Assembly (NCBI RefSeq): GCF_022045235.1 | Contig: NW_027266264.1 | Location: 73,656,001-73,720,000 of the forward strand | Length of the DNA: 64,000 nt | Direction: 5' to 3' | Source: Haliotis cracherodii | Taxonomy: Eukaryota | The notes under the pieces: generated by a model | What the model saw: the letters and a program-made list of their open reading frames with translations, nothing else | Told to the model about the DNA's origin: nothing | Database searches by the model: none | Position numbers and translations under genes: made by a program | Shown here: positions 26,301-39,119 of the stretch, piece by piece | Numbering within the stretch: the first letter of the stretch is position 1 | Layout of the letters: every line of letters begins with the position of its first letter

Positions 26301-27636
26301 TACCAATAATGTCTGAGATGAATGAGGGCAAAAGATTAAAGATTCAGATGTGTATATTGCGTACCTAGGTGGAAGAATACTATTGAGAATTTCATCTGTC
26401 TGCTGTGCAGCCTTGGCATCAACTGGTGCAAGTTTCTGTTTGGCAGGAGGGTTTGGCACAGGCCCTGTGCCTGTAGGAGGGGTAGGACTCACCTTCAGTG
26501 CTCGTGCCTAGATGATAAAAATACATGTCAATATTCCAAACAACCTATCATCAATGATATGAAAGAGTTGAATGTGTAATATGAGGTTACATTTAACCTC
26601 AGAGACAACTGATCACTTGGGCCCCAACTAACTGAACGAGTGAGTAAATATTGTTTTACACTAGTCATCTATGGTGGCCTGTAAACAAGAATCTGAACTA
26701 AGCAAACCAGTTGATGATGGCATAACCATGAATGCTTAATCGGAGTATGATTACACAAATCTGATGTGTATTTTGTAATTATCATTAAAATAGCAATAAA
26801 TATAAACAGTGATAAGTTCAACACGTGGGCTCAATCGACAATTATTAAACAAAGTTTGCAAACTACAAAGAAAAGAGTAAGAGGGTCTGTAGTGCAATGA
26901 GTAACTTACACAGGTTTCATTCCTTGTAGTGTGTTGGCTTAATGTGTCAATAGCTAGTCATTTATTTATATTTCAATTCTGTGCTTGTGCAAGATCATGA
27001 ATAATTTAGAGGATGCCATGATAAGTATAACACGATTTGCCCTTAATACACAACACAATCATGCCAACGATCTCACCATGTCAACTGGAAATTGATAACA
27101 AATTGGTAACCAAATAAAATGTGGTCATATCTTCTATTTCCTTGACATTATCCTAATTGGGACTGTGACAAGATATTAGTTGAACTTAGTTCAAAAGAGA
27201 CTGGTAGACCCAGACACTGTGATTTAGTCTAGAATAACATGGTTAATGGGAGAAATATTTCACTATTGTTTTTATCGCAATCCTAAACTGGGTTGATCTT
27301 TTGGGCACCTGTATTAAAATTCATCATGGATACCCACAAAATCAAAACGATGTAAACACGCAATATGCTCGTATTGCCAAGTTTGGTGCCCCAAGTCTCT
27401 AAAATAGCATAATATATTTTGCCACTGGTCCTAAGTTTATCGACTATTAAATAAACATCATGGTTACCAAATTCTTCATGATATTTTGGATTTTTGTAAA
27501 CAAAAATAACTGTTTTGGAAATACAAACATGGGCGTCTATTTCATCTTCACTTACCCGTGGAGTTTTCTTGTCGGTATTTCTGCTGACAAGCACAGGGTT
27601 GTCATATTTTACGAGAGAAGCGTTTGGTGGAATCAT
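20348..27636 (-). CDS. DNALI1: Axonemal dynein light intermediate chain p28/p33 (inner arm), 257 aa, 6 coding exons
   Basis: Minus-strand exons 27636-27556, 26507-26365, 25742-25573, 25191-25013, 22155-21991, 20383-20348 (774 nt). Translation: MIPPNASLVKYDNPVLVSRNTDKKTPR...ARETGICPVRRELYSQCFDELIRQVTINCAERGLLLLRVRDE...IQFLKRTNQQLK/TQLEGIIAPKK*. Confidence 0.97.
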
Positions 27637-27795
27637 TTTGACGACTGTGTGACAACTGTGGAACTCTGCAACCAGTGTGGAGGTTTGGTAAAGACGCTTG
27701 AGTTGTAGCTATAGCAACGATGTAATGCGCATGTGCGAGATTTTGCGGTAACCACGTGACAACAACGTGATTTAGCTTTTCCAAGATGGCGCGGC
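27637..27795. promoter_or_regulatory. Compact bidirectional promoter DNALI1/EMC2 with X-box, NRF1-like, E-box and YY1-like motifs
   Basis: 149 bp between the divergent ATGs. GTAGCTATAGCAAC at 27705-27718 fits the RFX X-box GTHNYY-AT-RRNAAC; TGCGCATGTGCG at 27726-27737; CACGTG at 27753-27758; CAAGATGGCG over the EMC2 ATG. Confidence 0.75.
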
Positions 27796-30700
27796 ACATA
27801 AATTGGGAAGGTGTGTTCGAAGGAAAGATTTAGAATAGTCACTGCCACCATTTCCAAATTAATATTCTTTTGCAGAGGCCTGAATGCATTTAAGTTGACC
27901 TACATCCCACAGGTTTTATGTTGTTTGAAGCGCTTGTGTAAAAGAAGTGACGGTAATTCTTTATTACGAAACAGCGTGCACTTCGTGAATCGAGAGCGGT
28001 CTTTCGTGTTTTCGACAAACAGTTTCAATATTGTTTCTCCGCTGTTGTTAAACACTACATCACTACAGTTTACTCCGTATGTCAATTGGGAGTATACAAA
28101 AGTGACTGAGATTCGAATACAAATACTTACAATGAAAAGGATTATCCACACATGTTAAAATGGGTATGTAAGAAATATGGACAAGAAAAAACAAATTTCC
28201 AGGGGTTAAAAACCTGGCCTGATCCGTAGCACATTCCACCACTCAGCTATTGACACTCAATGATAACTATTATTACCCGAAAACGACCTCATTTTAATAC
28301 CAGACATTTTTATAGGAAAGGAAATTCTAGATTATAGAACTCTCCATTCAAGCCTTGAAAATGCCTACTTTTTGTGGTGATCAAACAATGATGCAATCAG
28401 TGAAAGATACATCACATATTTTACAAAGGCTTCATCTGTGAGAATAATGCATCCTATCAGACGTTGTTACATTATAATTGGTTGCAACCCTACCAGGGTT
28501 TTACCTTGACTTACTTGGCGTTAAAGGGCTAAGCAAGGATTGGTCAGCTCAGAGTACGTATTCTGAGTCTGTGTGGGGTATTCATGATAAACTGCAGCAT
28601 GGTATCCCAGTGGGCTAGCACTATAAGGTCGGCATTAGTCCGGACTAGTACCATCTTCCCGAGGCAAAAGGAGTTAACTGACTATAAACATTCAGTTTCC
28701 ACCCTTGCCAAACTAGGCTAGAATTCCTGGGCTCAATCGTAACGCCACCAGTGGCTATTACAAATTATGTCCCTTTATGCCTCTCCTATGGACCAATCAG
28801 ATTTCACCTCTTGTATCACTTGCATTTGCTTCAAACAAAATGGCGTCACCAAGTCAAGGCGATCTGATCAATAATCAAGATCTATATTGTGATAAAATGG
28901 GTCTTACATCACAAGGTGCATCAAATCACAACAGCACCTTGATTTATAAGCATGAAAAGAGTTGGAAAATATTTGTTGACACCAAGTTGGCGGTGCACAT
29001 GCTTTGTAAATCCTGCAATCGACTGAAATCTGCACAACAGTTGATGAACCGGATTTCGATTTTGTTGTGTGATTTTGATTGGACTATGCATAGACTCGTT
29101 AGTCAAGCCAACATGTAACTCCATAATACCAACCTTGTTCGGCAAGGGTGGAAACGACTTTTATAGTCGGTTAACTCTCTTGCCTCGGGAAGATGGTCTA
29201 GTACAAGCAGCCACACAGACAGACACATGCATGCGCATCGTTATGTAAGTGCAAAAATCATGGATGCTGAACCCAATTTCACCTCCCCTTATTACTGGTG
29301 TGAATGTCAATGTTGCTGATGAATTAAAATACCAAAAGTTTGGATATAAACAACTACTTGCACACATAGTTCCATATGTATTATGAGTGTATATGATGTA
29401 TGAGTAGTTATTTTCAGGTACCGGTAGCACACAATAAGTCTTTGATTGACATTTGTAAGCAGGGACAGAAATTAAGCGATACCATAATATTATAACAGTA
29501 CAACCCAAAAGTTGTATTAGCCCTAAGGATACCTCAAGCATGAACAAAACTTGGTCCAGACTAGTCCTAGTTTCCATCCCTGGGAAGTTGGCTCAACATG
29601 ATACAACAGCTTTTTTACCTGATGAAGGTACAACAAGTAACGCCGTAGGACAAATGAGACAAAAGATGTAGAACTTTTTTATTGATAGAAAGTTTCATAT
29701 CTTAAAGTAATTACTGGTAGTGATGCCCTCAGTTTGACTTAGTGTTTTGTGAAAACAAATCCCACATCTTGTTAATTTGTAATGTTTTTTTTAACCTGGG
29801 AGAAAGAACATAACCCATTGCATGATAACACAAATCCCAGTATCTCCAACCCGAGATATTGATGAGGGGGGCATTAACAATGGCATTACTTTTTACTATA
29901 TTTATTTGCAAGTGAAGATTGCCATATACATGATATATGGCAAATAGCTTTGCAGTGAGATGGGGATTGTGAGGTCCCAGTGATGGGTTGGTGCTGCAGG
30001 CTTATAGTTATACATGTGTTCCTTGGTTTATAGATGCACGCAGTATTTTACGCAAGTTGCGTGAAGAGCAGGTGAGAGATGGAGACACCGTGGTTCAACT
30101 ATGGGAGAGAGTCCTCATGGAGCAGAGTGACAAGCTTGGTGATGAATGTAGGTTGTCATGGGCATTTTACTTCCATTATTTTGAAACCAGTTATGATCAT
30201 GTAATGAATTTATGTGTGTATTTTTAATGATCTCATTGTCTGTTAGATCGCTATCTTGAACTGATTGCCATGGTTACCAGGGAAGAACAACTATCTGATG
30301 TATTGTAACCTAGTTTGTGAGTGACAGTTGAAGGCAGTATTTGATAGTGTTATGTTAAGAGTGATCATGATGTTGTCATAGTTATTGAATGCACATTGTT
30401 GTATCATTTCAGCGTGGAATGCATATTGTTGTATCATTTCAGCGTGGAATGCATATTGTTGTATCATTTCAGCTTGGATGGTACATGAACAAGTGTGTGT
30501 AGCTGCCTTAGACTGTCGAAGATTAGATCTTGCAGATGTGAGTCATAGTCTTTGGTTGTTTGTTAAACATATTTTAAGTATATCACGAAAATGATCTAAT
30601 AAAGTATTAAAAAAATCTTTTCAAACAATTTTCACATTTTTGTTGTTGAAATATTGGGTCAATGTCTAATTTACCGCTATAATAATTATCAATTAGCTAC

Positions 30701-33700
30701 ATTACATGTACATTAAGTGTATTTTGAGATCAGTGTTTGTTTGTTTTAGGCTTGTATTGAGACCCTGGAGTCCAAGTTTCCCCACAGTATCCGTGTTCAG
30801 AGGTTGTGGGGGATGTACTACGAAGCAGAAGAAAGGTTATAGTCAATCTATTTATTACATTTACCAGATACTGACAGATACAAATTATGGCTTGGATGAG
30901 CAAATTCAAGGGCTGTTTGTTCAGTATACTTTCTTTGAGAAGGTCATAAAGACCTAAATTAAAATAAATCATTAGGAATAATCTTGGCTGCCTAATCATG
31001 ATTATGAAAGTGTAACAAAATGCCGAGATTTCCACTGCAAAAATACCAATGCTTGTCTCCCTGTAGAGTTTCAGGGTAAGGCTATAGATTCCCAGCAACC
31101 TATGCTTGTCTCCCTGTGGGGTTCAGGGTAAGACTATAGATTCCCAGCAGCCTATGCTTGTTTCCCATAGGGATTCAGGGTAAGACTATAGATTCCCAGC
31201 AACCTATGCTTGTCCTCCAGTGAGGATTCTGGGTAAGGTGTCCAGCAACCTATGCTCATCATAAGAGACGGCTAAATGAATCTGGTGGTCAGACTCAGTC
31301 ACATAGTTGATTGCATGTCTTCATATCCCTATTTCATGGATTGATGCAGATCTGGTCCACACTTGATTATTTATAGACTGCCGTCATATAGCTTGAATAT
31401 TGCTGAGTTAAACAACAAACAAACATGGATCCATGGGCTCACTGTCGGCCGTTGTTATTCTGTACATGCTGTACCATGTTGGTTATAGTACAAATCTACA
31501 TGTCCCACTGCCCCTGTACGCCGTGGGGATTCCTTGTTAGAATAGGGCCAAGGACATGTATGCTGCTCATAAGAGGCGTCTTAATTGGTTGGTTGGTTTG
31601 TTGTTTAACGCCCACTCAGCAATGTTCCAGCTATATGACGGGGGTCTGTAAATAATCGAGTCTGGACCAGACAATCCAGTGATTGATATCATGAGCATCG
31701 ATCCACGCAATTGGGATCGATGACATGCATCAACCAAGTCAGCGAGTCTGACCACCCGATCCCGTTAGTCGCCTTTTACGACAAGCATGGGTTGCTGAAG
31801 ACCTATTCTAACCCGGACTCTTCACTAATTTGGTTGATACCATCATAGCCAGACAGCATGGATCATTGCACACAGTATGGATCACTGGATTGTCTGGTCC
31901 AGACTATTATCATTATTATTTATAGTAATGTTACAGAGTGCCATGTGATAAAAAACAATCTCTCACTGTCTGCCTTCACCTCCAGGTATGAAAAGGCCGA
32001 TGCAATGTACCAGAAGATAATTGAACAGGACAGCACAAATATGGTAAGTCTTGACATAATTGGAATTGTTGGTTATTTTGGATTCAGAAAAAATACATTA
32101 ACTTGATTTTTTGTAGGTGCAAGCTACATCATATTATGACACCATTTGTGAGATCTTTTGTTCTCCAGTTATTGTTTCTCTATGACGATTAGTAATGGCT
32201 GTATTGTTGGTAGATGTTAAGGTTTTCATGCCTAGGACAAGCAAGTGTGTTTTAGATTTGCACACCCTGGTTACTCACTCTGCATCACTCTGCATCGTTG
32301 TTTCAGTTTGCCAGGAAGAGACAAGTAGCCATACTTAAAGCTCAACAGAAAACTACAGAAGCTATAGAGAAGCTCAATGAATACCTCAAGAAGTGAGTAC
32401 TAGTCCCAGCTGAACTAAGTATTAGCAGTGATTCATCAAGGATTCCCACAGCAGGCAAATTGGGGCGAAAAGTTGTGATATTGTTAAAAACTGGCTCTTT
32501 TAACTGTAGTTTGTTTTTTAATTCTGTTGAATTGGGACATTTTTAATTCAAGTTTGTATTTTTTACTGTCATTTGCTGAAGACTTGGGGCTGAATATCGG
32601 CCGATGAGCAGGTGTAGATACAGTGGTAGTCACTAAGTTTTCATCCACCAGTCCTAATAATGATAACATACTGCAAAACCCTTAAAAAGGGCAAGTTTCT
32701 ACTTGTCCTTATGATATATTATCTATTGAGCAAATTGGCCAGGACTATAGGACTGGAGCCAATTTCTAATGCTGAGTGTCCCTGGTTCATTTGCATAAGT
32801 CTGGCGAGTTACCTGTAGACATTATTGCAGTGTTGATGATGTCTTGTCAGTATGAATGGCCAGTTATCTGGTTTACACCCACTAGTCAATGTACACTTGT
32901 TTCTTGTCATTGAAACTCATACTAACATGGACTGAACGTGTAGACAGGTTTAGTTTCCGACTCCATTATGAACTAACATGATTGTGTATGTACATGATGT
33001 AGGTTTATGACCGACTACGAGGCGTGGATGGAGCTGTGTGATCTGTACCTGGAGGAACACGACTACAGCAATGCAGCGTTCTGTGTGGAAGAACTCATCA
33101 TGTCCAACCCTCACAATCATCTCTTCCATCAAAAATATGCCGAGGTAATGTGACAGGAAGCTTAGTGGACTGGTTAGTTGTCATGAAGGAGGTGGGTGGG
33201 GCCAGAGAGGAGAAAGTGAAGGTCGTCCATGTCCTGACAGGTTTGGGAGAGTCGGGAGGAAAATTGCACATTTTAGGGAGTGGTTTAAAAAGATTGACAG
33301 GCATTTTACTGTTAGGACATGCTGATCATTTTTATTTATTTTTTAGTTATCCTGCATTACTCCTTAATGCATGTACTGCTTACCTTATGAAGAAGAAAAC
33401 AGCACCTAGTGATGGTCTTTGATGAAGTTAAAGGGTTGTCTTCACTTCCAGTCTACTTTAGCAAGAACCCATCGCTGCTGTCATGTGACCGTCTGTCGTG
33501 ACGTCACATCTGGTCACGTTTCTGCTTGTCATCAAACTGACATGTTGTGCCTGGGTTCGGGCCTCAACTTTTGGCTTACTTTGTGTGGTTAGCACTCTGC
33601 TGCCACTAACATTACGTCTGCAATGTGTTCAGCAGTACATGCATTAAGGAGCAATGCAGGATGAGTTTACAAATGTAAAAAATATTTAGATTTTACTAAG

Positions 33701-36700
33701 ATTTGTAGTAACTGATATTGGGTGGTGCTGGTGCTGGTTTTATTACTGGGCTTACAGATCAAACAATCCCATATTTTATGTACGTAAGACAATTTCAATT
33801 CTCTTCCTGTCAATAGCAAGTTACTCAACAAAATTCGGTAATAACAACACCCTCCAAAATATATCACTATGGGATGTAACTCTTGCAGTCTTGTCATTTG
33901 AAAAGACACTTGAAGCAGCATGTTATTTTGCATGTAATGTTTTAACCACAACAACTTGATCAACTAAGGTCGTACAAGTCACCATGGTGACAGGTGACAT
34001 GAGCTAGATAAGTCTCCGATTAGTTATATTTGTATAGTACAGTTTATGTTGAGTACTTACATGCCAAAATGTAATAGTGTACTAATTACATAAGGCAACA
34101 TGTTTTTATTTCTTGGTTTACGGATTTCAAACTCATTATTAAAAGTGAGGTAAGCAAATTAAAATATTCTGGAGTAACAAAAGTAAAACAACTCTATTTT
34201 ACAAGAACATTTTATTATATTCCTGATGCACAGCTTGTGCACAAATTGCAATATAACAATATTCATGTTGGGGTGAAAGACGCTGCCATTTTGGCAGCAT
34301 GGGCGAAGATTAAACTGGTCAACACTGTGCTTTGCGTTGTCAAGCTTTGATGGTATTAGATAAGGATCCCAACGAGAAATATCACAGTGACTTCCCTTTG
34401 CTTTACACTCAACGAGGAACGAAATCATTTTTTGTTTGAACGTTTTATGCATTTTTTAAAGTATAGATCGGCGGTAATAAAAAAAAGGAGTAATTTGTAT
34501 CTATTAATTATTTTTCAACATTTGAACTTTGAAAGAGTGGTGCATCCATAAACCAAGAAATAATAAAAATGTCGCCTTAGATGATACAGAAAAAATAGCA
34601 TTTTCTGATGAAAAATTCTGAAATGTAAAATGGCATAATGTATGTGTGTATCTTGTCATATACCTAACATTATAGTGATTGCAAGCAGGAAACTCCCACC
34701 AATCACCAGCCAGACTATGTTATGATGAATATACAGCAAGTGTTTGCCAGGCTGACAGTATACATCTTCACCTGCTGTTCACATTACCTAGTCTCTGCCT
34801 CCAGCAGTCATGCCCAAACAGAGACCTATCATTGTCTAACATGTATGCTCCAGCAGTCATGCCCAAACAGAGACCTATCATTGTCTAACGCGTTTGCGTC
34901 TATGCAGCTGCTGATGAAATGTGTCCACGCTTTCAGATCAGATATACACAAGGTGGAAACGACAACATGGAACAATCGAGAGCATACTTCTCCCAGGCTG
35001 TCAAACTCAACCCTAACAACACCCGGGCACTCTATGGCTTGTTCCTGGTGAGGATATAGTAATCCTACTCCATCATGGTGAAATTCACCATGTCCTCTTT
35101 TTAGACATTCATGAAATGTTTCATGAACATCATGAAACCTCATCAGTACCCTCTTGCATGTCTTTTTTTTCTCTCTCTTGGGAAATATAATAAGGTGGAA
35201 AGTCTCCTTGCCAAAACTTGACACTTGTAACAAATTGGTAATCTTGTATGTTATCTCTAATTATAGCCACATACACACCCACTCCGTTAGAATTGGTCTT
35301 CAGCAACCCATGCTTGTGTTTAGAAGCGGCTAATGGGATCAGGTAGTCAGACTCGTTGACATGTCATCGTATCCCAATTGCATAGACAGATGGTCATTGT
35401 GTCAGTCACTGGATTGTGTGGCCCAGACTTTATTTACAGACCGCTGTCATATAGCTGGAATATTGCTGAGTGGGGCGTTAAATACCAAAACAAACAAACA
35501 AACCGACTCAGTTAGAATTGGTCTTCAGCACCCCATGCTTGTTTTTGGAAGCGACTAATGGGATCGGGTGGTCGGACTCCCTGACTAGGTTGATACATGT
35601 CATCGTATCTGAATTGCTTAGATTGATGCTCATCATGTCAGTCACTGGATTGTCTGGTCCAGACACGATTATTTACAAATCGCCGTCAGTAAGATGTAAT
35701 ATTACTGAGTGTGGCATTAAGCAAACTTACTGAGAGCTCTCGGTGAACTCTGGCTCCTACTGACCTGTATAACCTGTCACTGCAGGCCGCCACCAGTCTG
35801 GCCATGAGTACAGGGAAAGGCCTCAAGGAGAAACAGATGAACAGCAAGTACGCAGCCTGGGCGGCTGAGCAGATTGTGTTTAAGTACAAGGTGAGTGCCT
35901 CCCTTTGAAACCCCTTGCAGCTAATAGATGTGTTTTATGTAGCATGAAAAAATTGTCAAAAAATTCAAAAATGGGTTTTGATATTTTCCTTTGTACAATA
36001 TTTCGAACATCCGTGTTGTCATCAAATTATTATATTGTTTTGTTATGATTGACTCAGTATGTTTGTTAAAAAAAAGAAGAGATTCACCCTCATGTCTAAT
36101 ATATCAACACTTGTTTGTTACTGTACCAAATCTGACCCGTGAAGAATCAGGGTAGAATATGTATTCAGCAACCCAAGCTTGCCGTAAAAGGTGACTATGC
36201 TTGTCGTAAGAGGCGACTAACGTGATCGGGTGGTCAGGCTCGCTAACTTGGTTGATGCATGTCATCAATCCCATTTGGGTGGATAGATGCTCATGATATC
36301 AATCACTGGATTGTCTGGCCCATACTCGATTATTTACAGACTGCCGTCATATAGCTGGAATATTGCTGAGTGCGGCATTAAACAACAAACCAACCAACCA
36401 ACCAACTGTACCAAATCTTCTCACAATAGCCTGATGGTTTATTAATTGACTTGTGTTGATGTATTTTATGTCAGAGTGAGAGTCTATTTTTAACAATTGG
36501 CTATGAGCATGATCAATGAGACCTGACATTGTTTTCACATTTGTGTTACTAGCCATTAAGCAAATGCATCCAAACTAATCTGTTAATAAACTCATTTTCC
36601 AGACCACCTTCCAACCTGTATCTGTTTAGGATGTTTAGGGCCAGGTTACCAGAAACAGTGTGTGTTTTTACTTTGCTAAGTAACTCGTGAAGATCCGGGG

Positions 36701-37058
36701 TAGAATATGTCTTCAGCAACCCATGCTTGTCGTTAGAGGCAACAAACGGGATCGAGGGTTCAGACTCGCTGCCTTGGTTCATGCATGTCATTGTATTCCA
36801 AATGCGTAGATCAATATTCATGATTCCAGTCACTGGATTGTCTGGTCCAGACTCAATTATTTTCAGACCGGCGTCATATAGCTTGAATATTGCTGAGTAT
36901 GGCGTTAAACAACAAACAAACAAAACTTTGCTAAGTGAAGTGAATATGATGACTTCTTTTTGCAGTCTTACCTGTCTGAGGAGCAGCTACGAGACATGAG
37001 GATCCTGGAGTCTATAGAGAAAATGTTGGAGTCTCTCAACTCATCCGTTGGGAGCTAA
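27786..37058 (+). CDS. EMC2: ER membrane protein complex subunit 2 (TTC35), TPR protein, 294 aa, 10 coding exons
   Basis: Exons 27786-27810, 30034-30147, 30473-30537, 30750-30835, 31986-32043, 32307-32392, 33003-33144, 34937-35047, 35786-35890, 36966-37058 (885 nt, phases consistent). Diagnostic peptides: [88 protein letters not shown]. Confidence 0.96.
28450..29290 (+). mobile_element. Degenerate SINE family C split by MITE D
   Basis: GGGGTATTCATG..GGGCTAGCACTATAAG..GTCCGGACTAGTAC lies before the MITE and CTAGTACAAGCAGCCACAC..ATTTCACCTC after it. Confidence 0.65.
28652..29195. mobile_element. MITE family D (CATCTTCCCGAGGCAA... TIRs), inserted in a SINE within EMC2 intron 1
   Basis: ~65-bp TIRs CATCTTCCCGAGGCAA..GTTAACTGAC..TTTCCACCCTTGCC and inverse. 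Flanks GACTAGTAC/GTCTAGTAC. Opposite orientation to the copies at 42.6 and 60.4 kb. Confidence 0.85.
30387..30477 (+). repeat. 30-bp x3 tandem repeat containing the EMC2 exon 3 acceptor
   Basis: GAATGCA(C/T)ATTGTTGTATCATTTCAGC(G/T)TG x3. Confidence 0.95.
31075..31423 (+). mobile_element. SINE-like family B with tandemly amplified (~52 bp x4) 5' head
   Basis: CCAGCA(A/G)CCTATGCT units at ~31091, 31143, 31194 and 31242, then a family B body and tail. Confidence 0.65.
31586..31822 (-). mobile_element. SINE-like family B
   Basis: Near-complete reverse copy. Confidence 0.8.
33347..33664. mobile_element. MITE with 34-bp TIRs
   Basis: TTATCCTGCATTACTCCTTAATGCATGTACTGCT (33347-33380) is inverted at 33631-33664 with 2 mismatches. 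Confidence 0.7.
34091..34579. mobile_element. MITE with ~35-bp TIRs (TAAGGC...GCCTTA; possibly PIF/Harbinger-like)
   Basis: TAAGGCAACATGTTTTTATTTCTTGGTTTACGGAT versus ATCCATAAACCAAGAAATAATAAAAATGTCGCCTTA. Confidence 0.65.
35281..35725 (+). mobile_element. Two head-to-tail family B SINE-like copies
   Basis: GTTAGAATTGGTCTTCAGCA heads at ~35287 and ~35511. Confidence 0.8.
36135..36404 (+). mobile_element. SINE-like family B
   Basis: Full copy; flanking CTGTACCAAATCT is duplicated (TSD). Confidence 0.85.
36685..36923 (+). mobile_element. SINE-like family B
   Basis: Full copy; flanking ACTTTGCTAAGT is duplicated (TSD). Confidence 0.85.
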
Positions 37059-37384
37059 ATATTGCACAGCCAAGCTTAAATGATTGAATGGCAGGACTCA
37101 TGTGGCCACCATAGACGTGACCAAGCCGTTTTGTCAGTAGGACAGGGATAATACAAGTAACACAGCTTGATCCAAAAGTTTTATAAACTTGTCCCATGTC
37201 ATTGAGTCCATGGAAATGGTACGGCAGGTTAGACATGGATGGTTACCATGGTTACAGTTCGGATGTCAAAGATGAGTTTCAACTTTCAGTTATTTCTATA
37301 TTAATCAGAGTCAATATAAGGAGAACACAGGCATCTGAATGAAGTGCAATATGTAGTACAATATGGTATGCATTTACTAAGGGA

Positions 37385-37578
37385 TGCTTGTCATCTGAGG
37401 AGACTGACATGATGGTTGGTCATACTTGCCGACATGGTTGATGTATGTCATCGTATCCCAATTGTGTAGGTCGATGCTCATGTTGTCAACCTCTGCCCTG
37501 ATCCTGCCTCAGTTATTAACAGACTGCTGTCATATAGCTGGAACAATGCTGAGTGCAGTATTAAACAACAAACAAACA
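37385..37578 (+). mobile_element. SINE-like family B (degenerate) in the EMC2 3' region
   Basis: Body and ...TTAAACAACAAACAAAC tail. Confidence 0.65.
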
Positions 37579-38419
37579 GTAAGAGGATTAAGGGACTGAC
37601 AATTTTGTTTTCAATGGGAGGGGCCTGGAAACTAGGTGCATGAGGAAAGACTTGTTTTCAACGTAGTGTGGCCACATGTGTATACATAATTTTTAATAAT
37701 CTCTGCTAACATCTGAACATTATCTGAATAGGGTTTTTCATGGCTTGTGTGAATGTTTTCTGAGAAGTTCCAGTTCTGCTCTTGGGCATTAGAGTCCCTG
37801 TTAAGTCCCTAAGCATGGTACATGCTCTGGCAGATGATTTAAAATGAACCTTACCTTGTAGTTATGAAATAGTCGTCAATGGCAATATTGAACTTGGGAA
37901 CTATCGTGGGCATTTACGTTTTCAAAAGGTGCAAGGTTGTTTTGTAAGTGTGTACAAAGAAAACCATAACTTGATTATCTGTTTATAATAAGGAAGTTAA
38001 CTTTGTGCTGTCTGTTGCGTTGAATGTGAATGATACTGATGAATGCAAATGATTCGGTTAGCCTGTTGTGGTTGAAGTGGGGGGTTAGCTTGGTGAAACA
38101 AAGAAGTCCATACTGCATATTGAGTGAATGAGTTGTGCCTGTTATATGCAGATGTTGTCCAGCAGACACTTTGCATGCTGTAGAAATTTTCTTTGTCATC
38201 TGACGTTCTGTTGATCTCCTTTCTCATGAAATAAGGCTACATACCATGCATACAGATGTATTTATTGCAAATGAAATTGTATATATTTCATGTCAGTCAT
38301 TGTAATATGTCCGTGTTGAATAATCTATGAAATGTCCCATGTCAAGCTTGACTTGCGTTATTTTTATCAGCTACACTTTTCTGAGACCAGCAGCACCAAC
38401 ACAATACTCTGAGACTGCT

Positions 38420-38740
38420 CAACACAATGAGACAACTTGATGCAATGAGACATCTCAATACAATGAGACTTGATGCAATGAGACATCTCAATACAGGGAG
38501 ACGACTTGATGCAATTAGATCTCAATACCATGAAACAACTTGATGCAATGAGACATCTCATTACAATGAGACTTGATGCAATGAGACATCTCAATACAGG
38601 GAGACGACTTGATTCAAGGAGACATCTCAATACGAGACGATGCAACGAGAGATCTCTATACAATGAGACGACTTGATGCAATGAGACATCTCAAAACAAT
38701 GACAGGTTGATACAATGAGATGACTTGATGCAAGGAGACA
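38420..38740. repeat. Degenerate ~33-38-bp minisatellite (ACTTGATGCAATGAGACATCTCAATAC...)
   Basis: Direct reading; about 9 units. Confidence 0.85.
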
Positions 38741-39119
38741 CAATAAGCAGGCTCTATCTCATCCGTTGTTGCCAGAAAACGAATACCAAATAAGTTACCT
38801 TTGACACCATAATAAGATTGGGTCTCCATCCATCTGAAAGTTGGAAAAGGGAAAGCCAGACACATGTACAATGGGTAACACGTTTTCTTTGGTCACACAA
38901 TTTTAATAAATGGAATTATATGAGTAAACTTTAACTGCAGTTCCAATTCTGGATGCATCATATTTGGAAGGATATACATATTAATAAGTGGAGAAATTAC
39001 TTTTATGCTTTCTAAATACAGTGGACATTCCAACGAAAAGTGGGAGATGGGGATGGGGTTGTCTACAACTAAGTATGTTTGGTTTCAAAGGGTCCGGACA
39101 CACACACCCACCCTCCACC

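Noticed and set aside
34798-34890. ~49-bp direct duplication upstream of EMC2 exon 8 (also short duplications at ~6053-6095 and ~15861-15898)
   Set aside because: Ordinary local slippage duplications that do not include splice sites.
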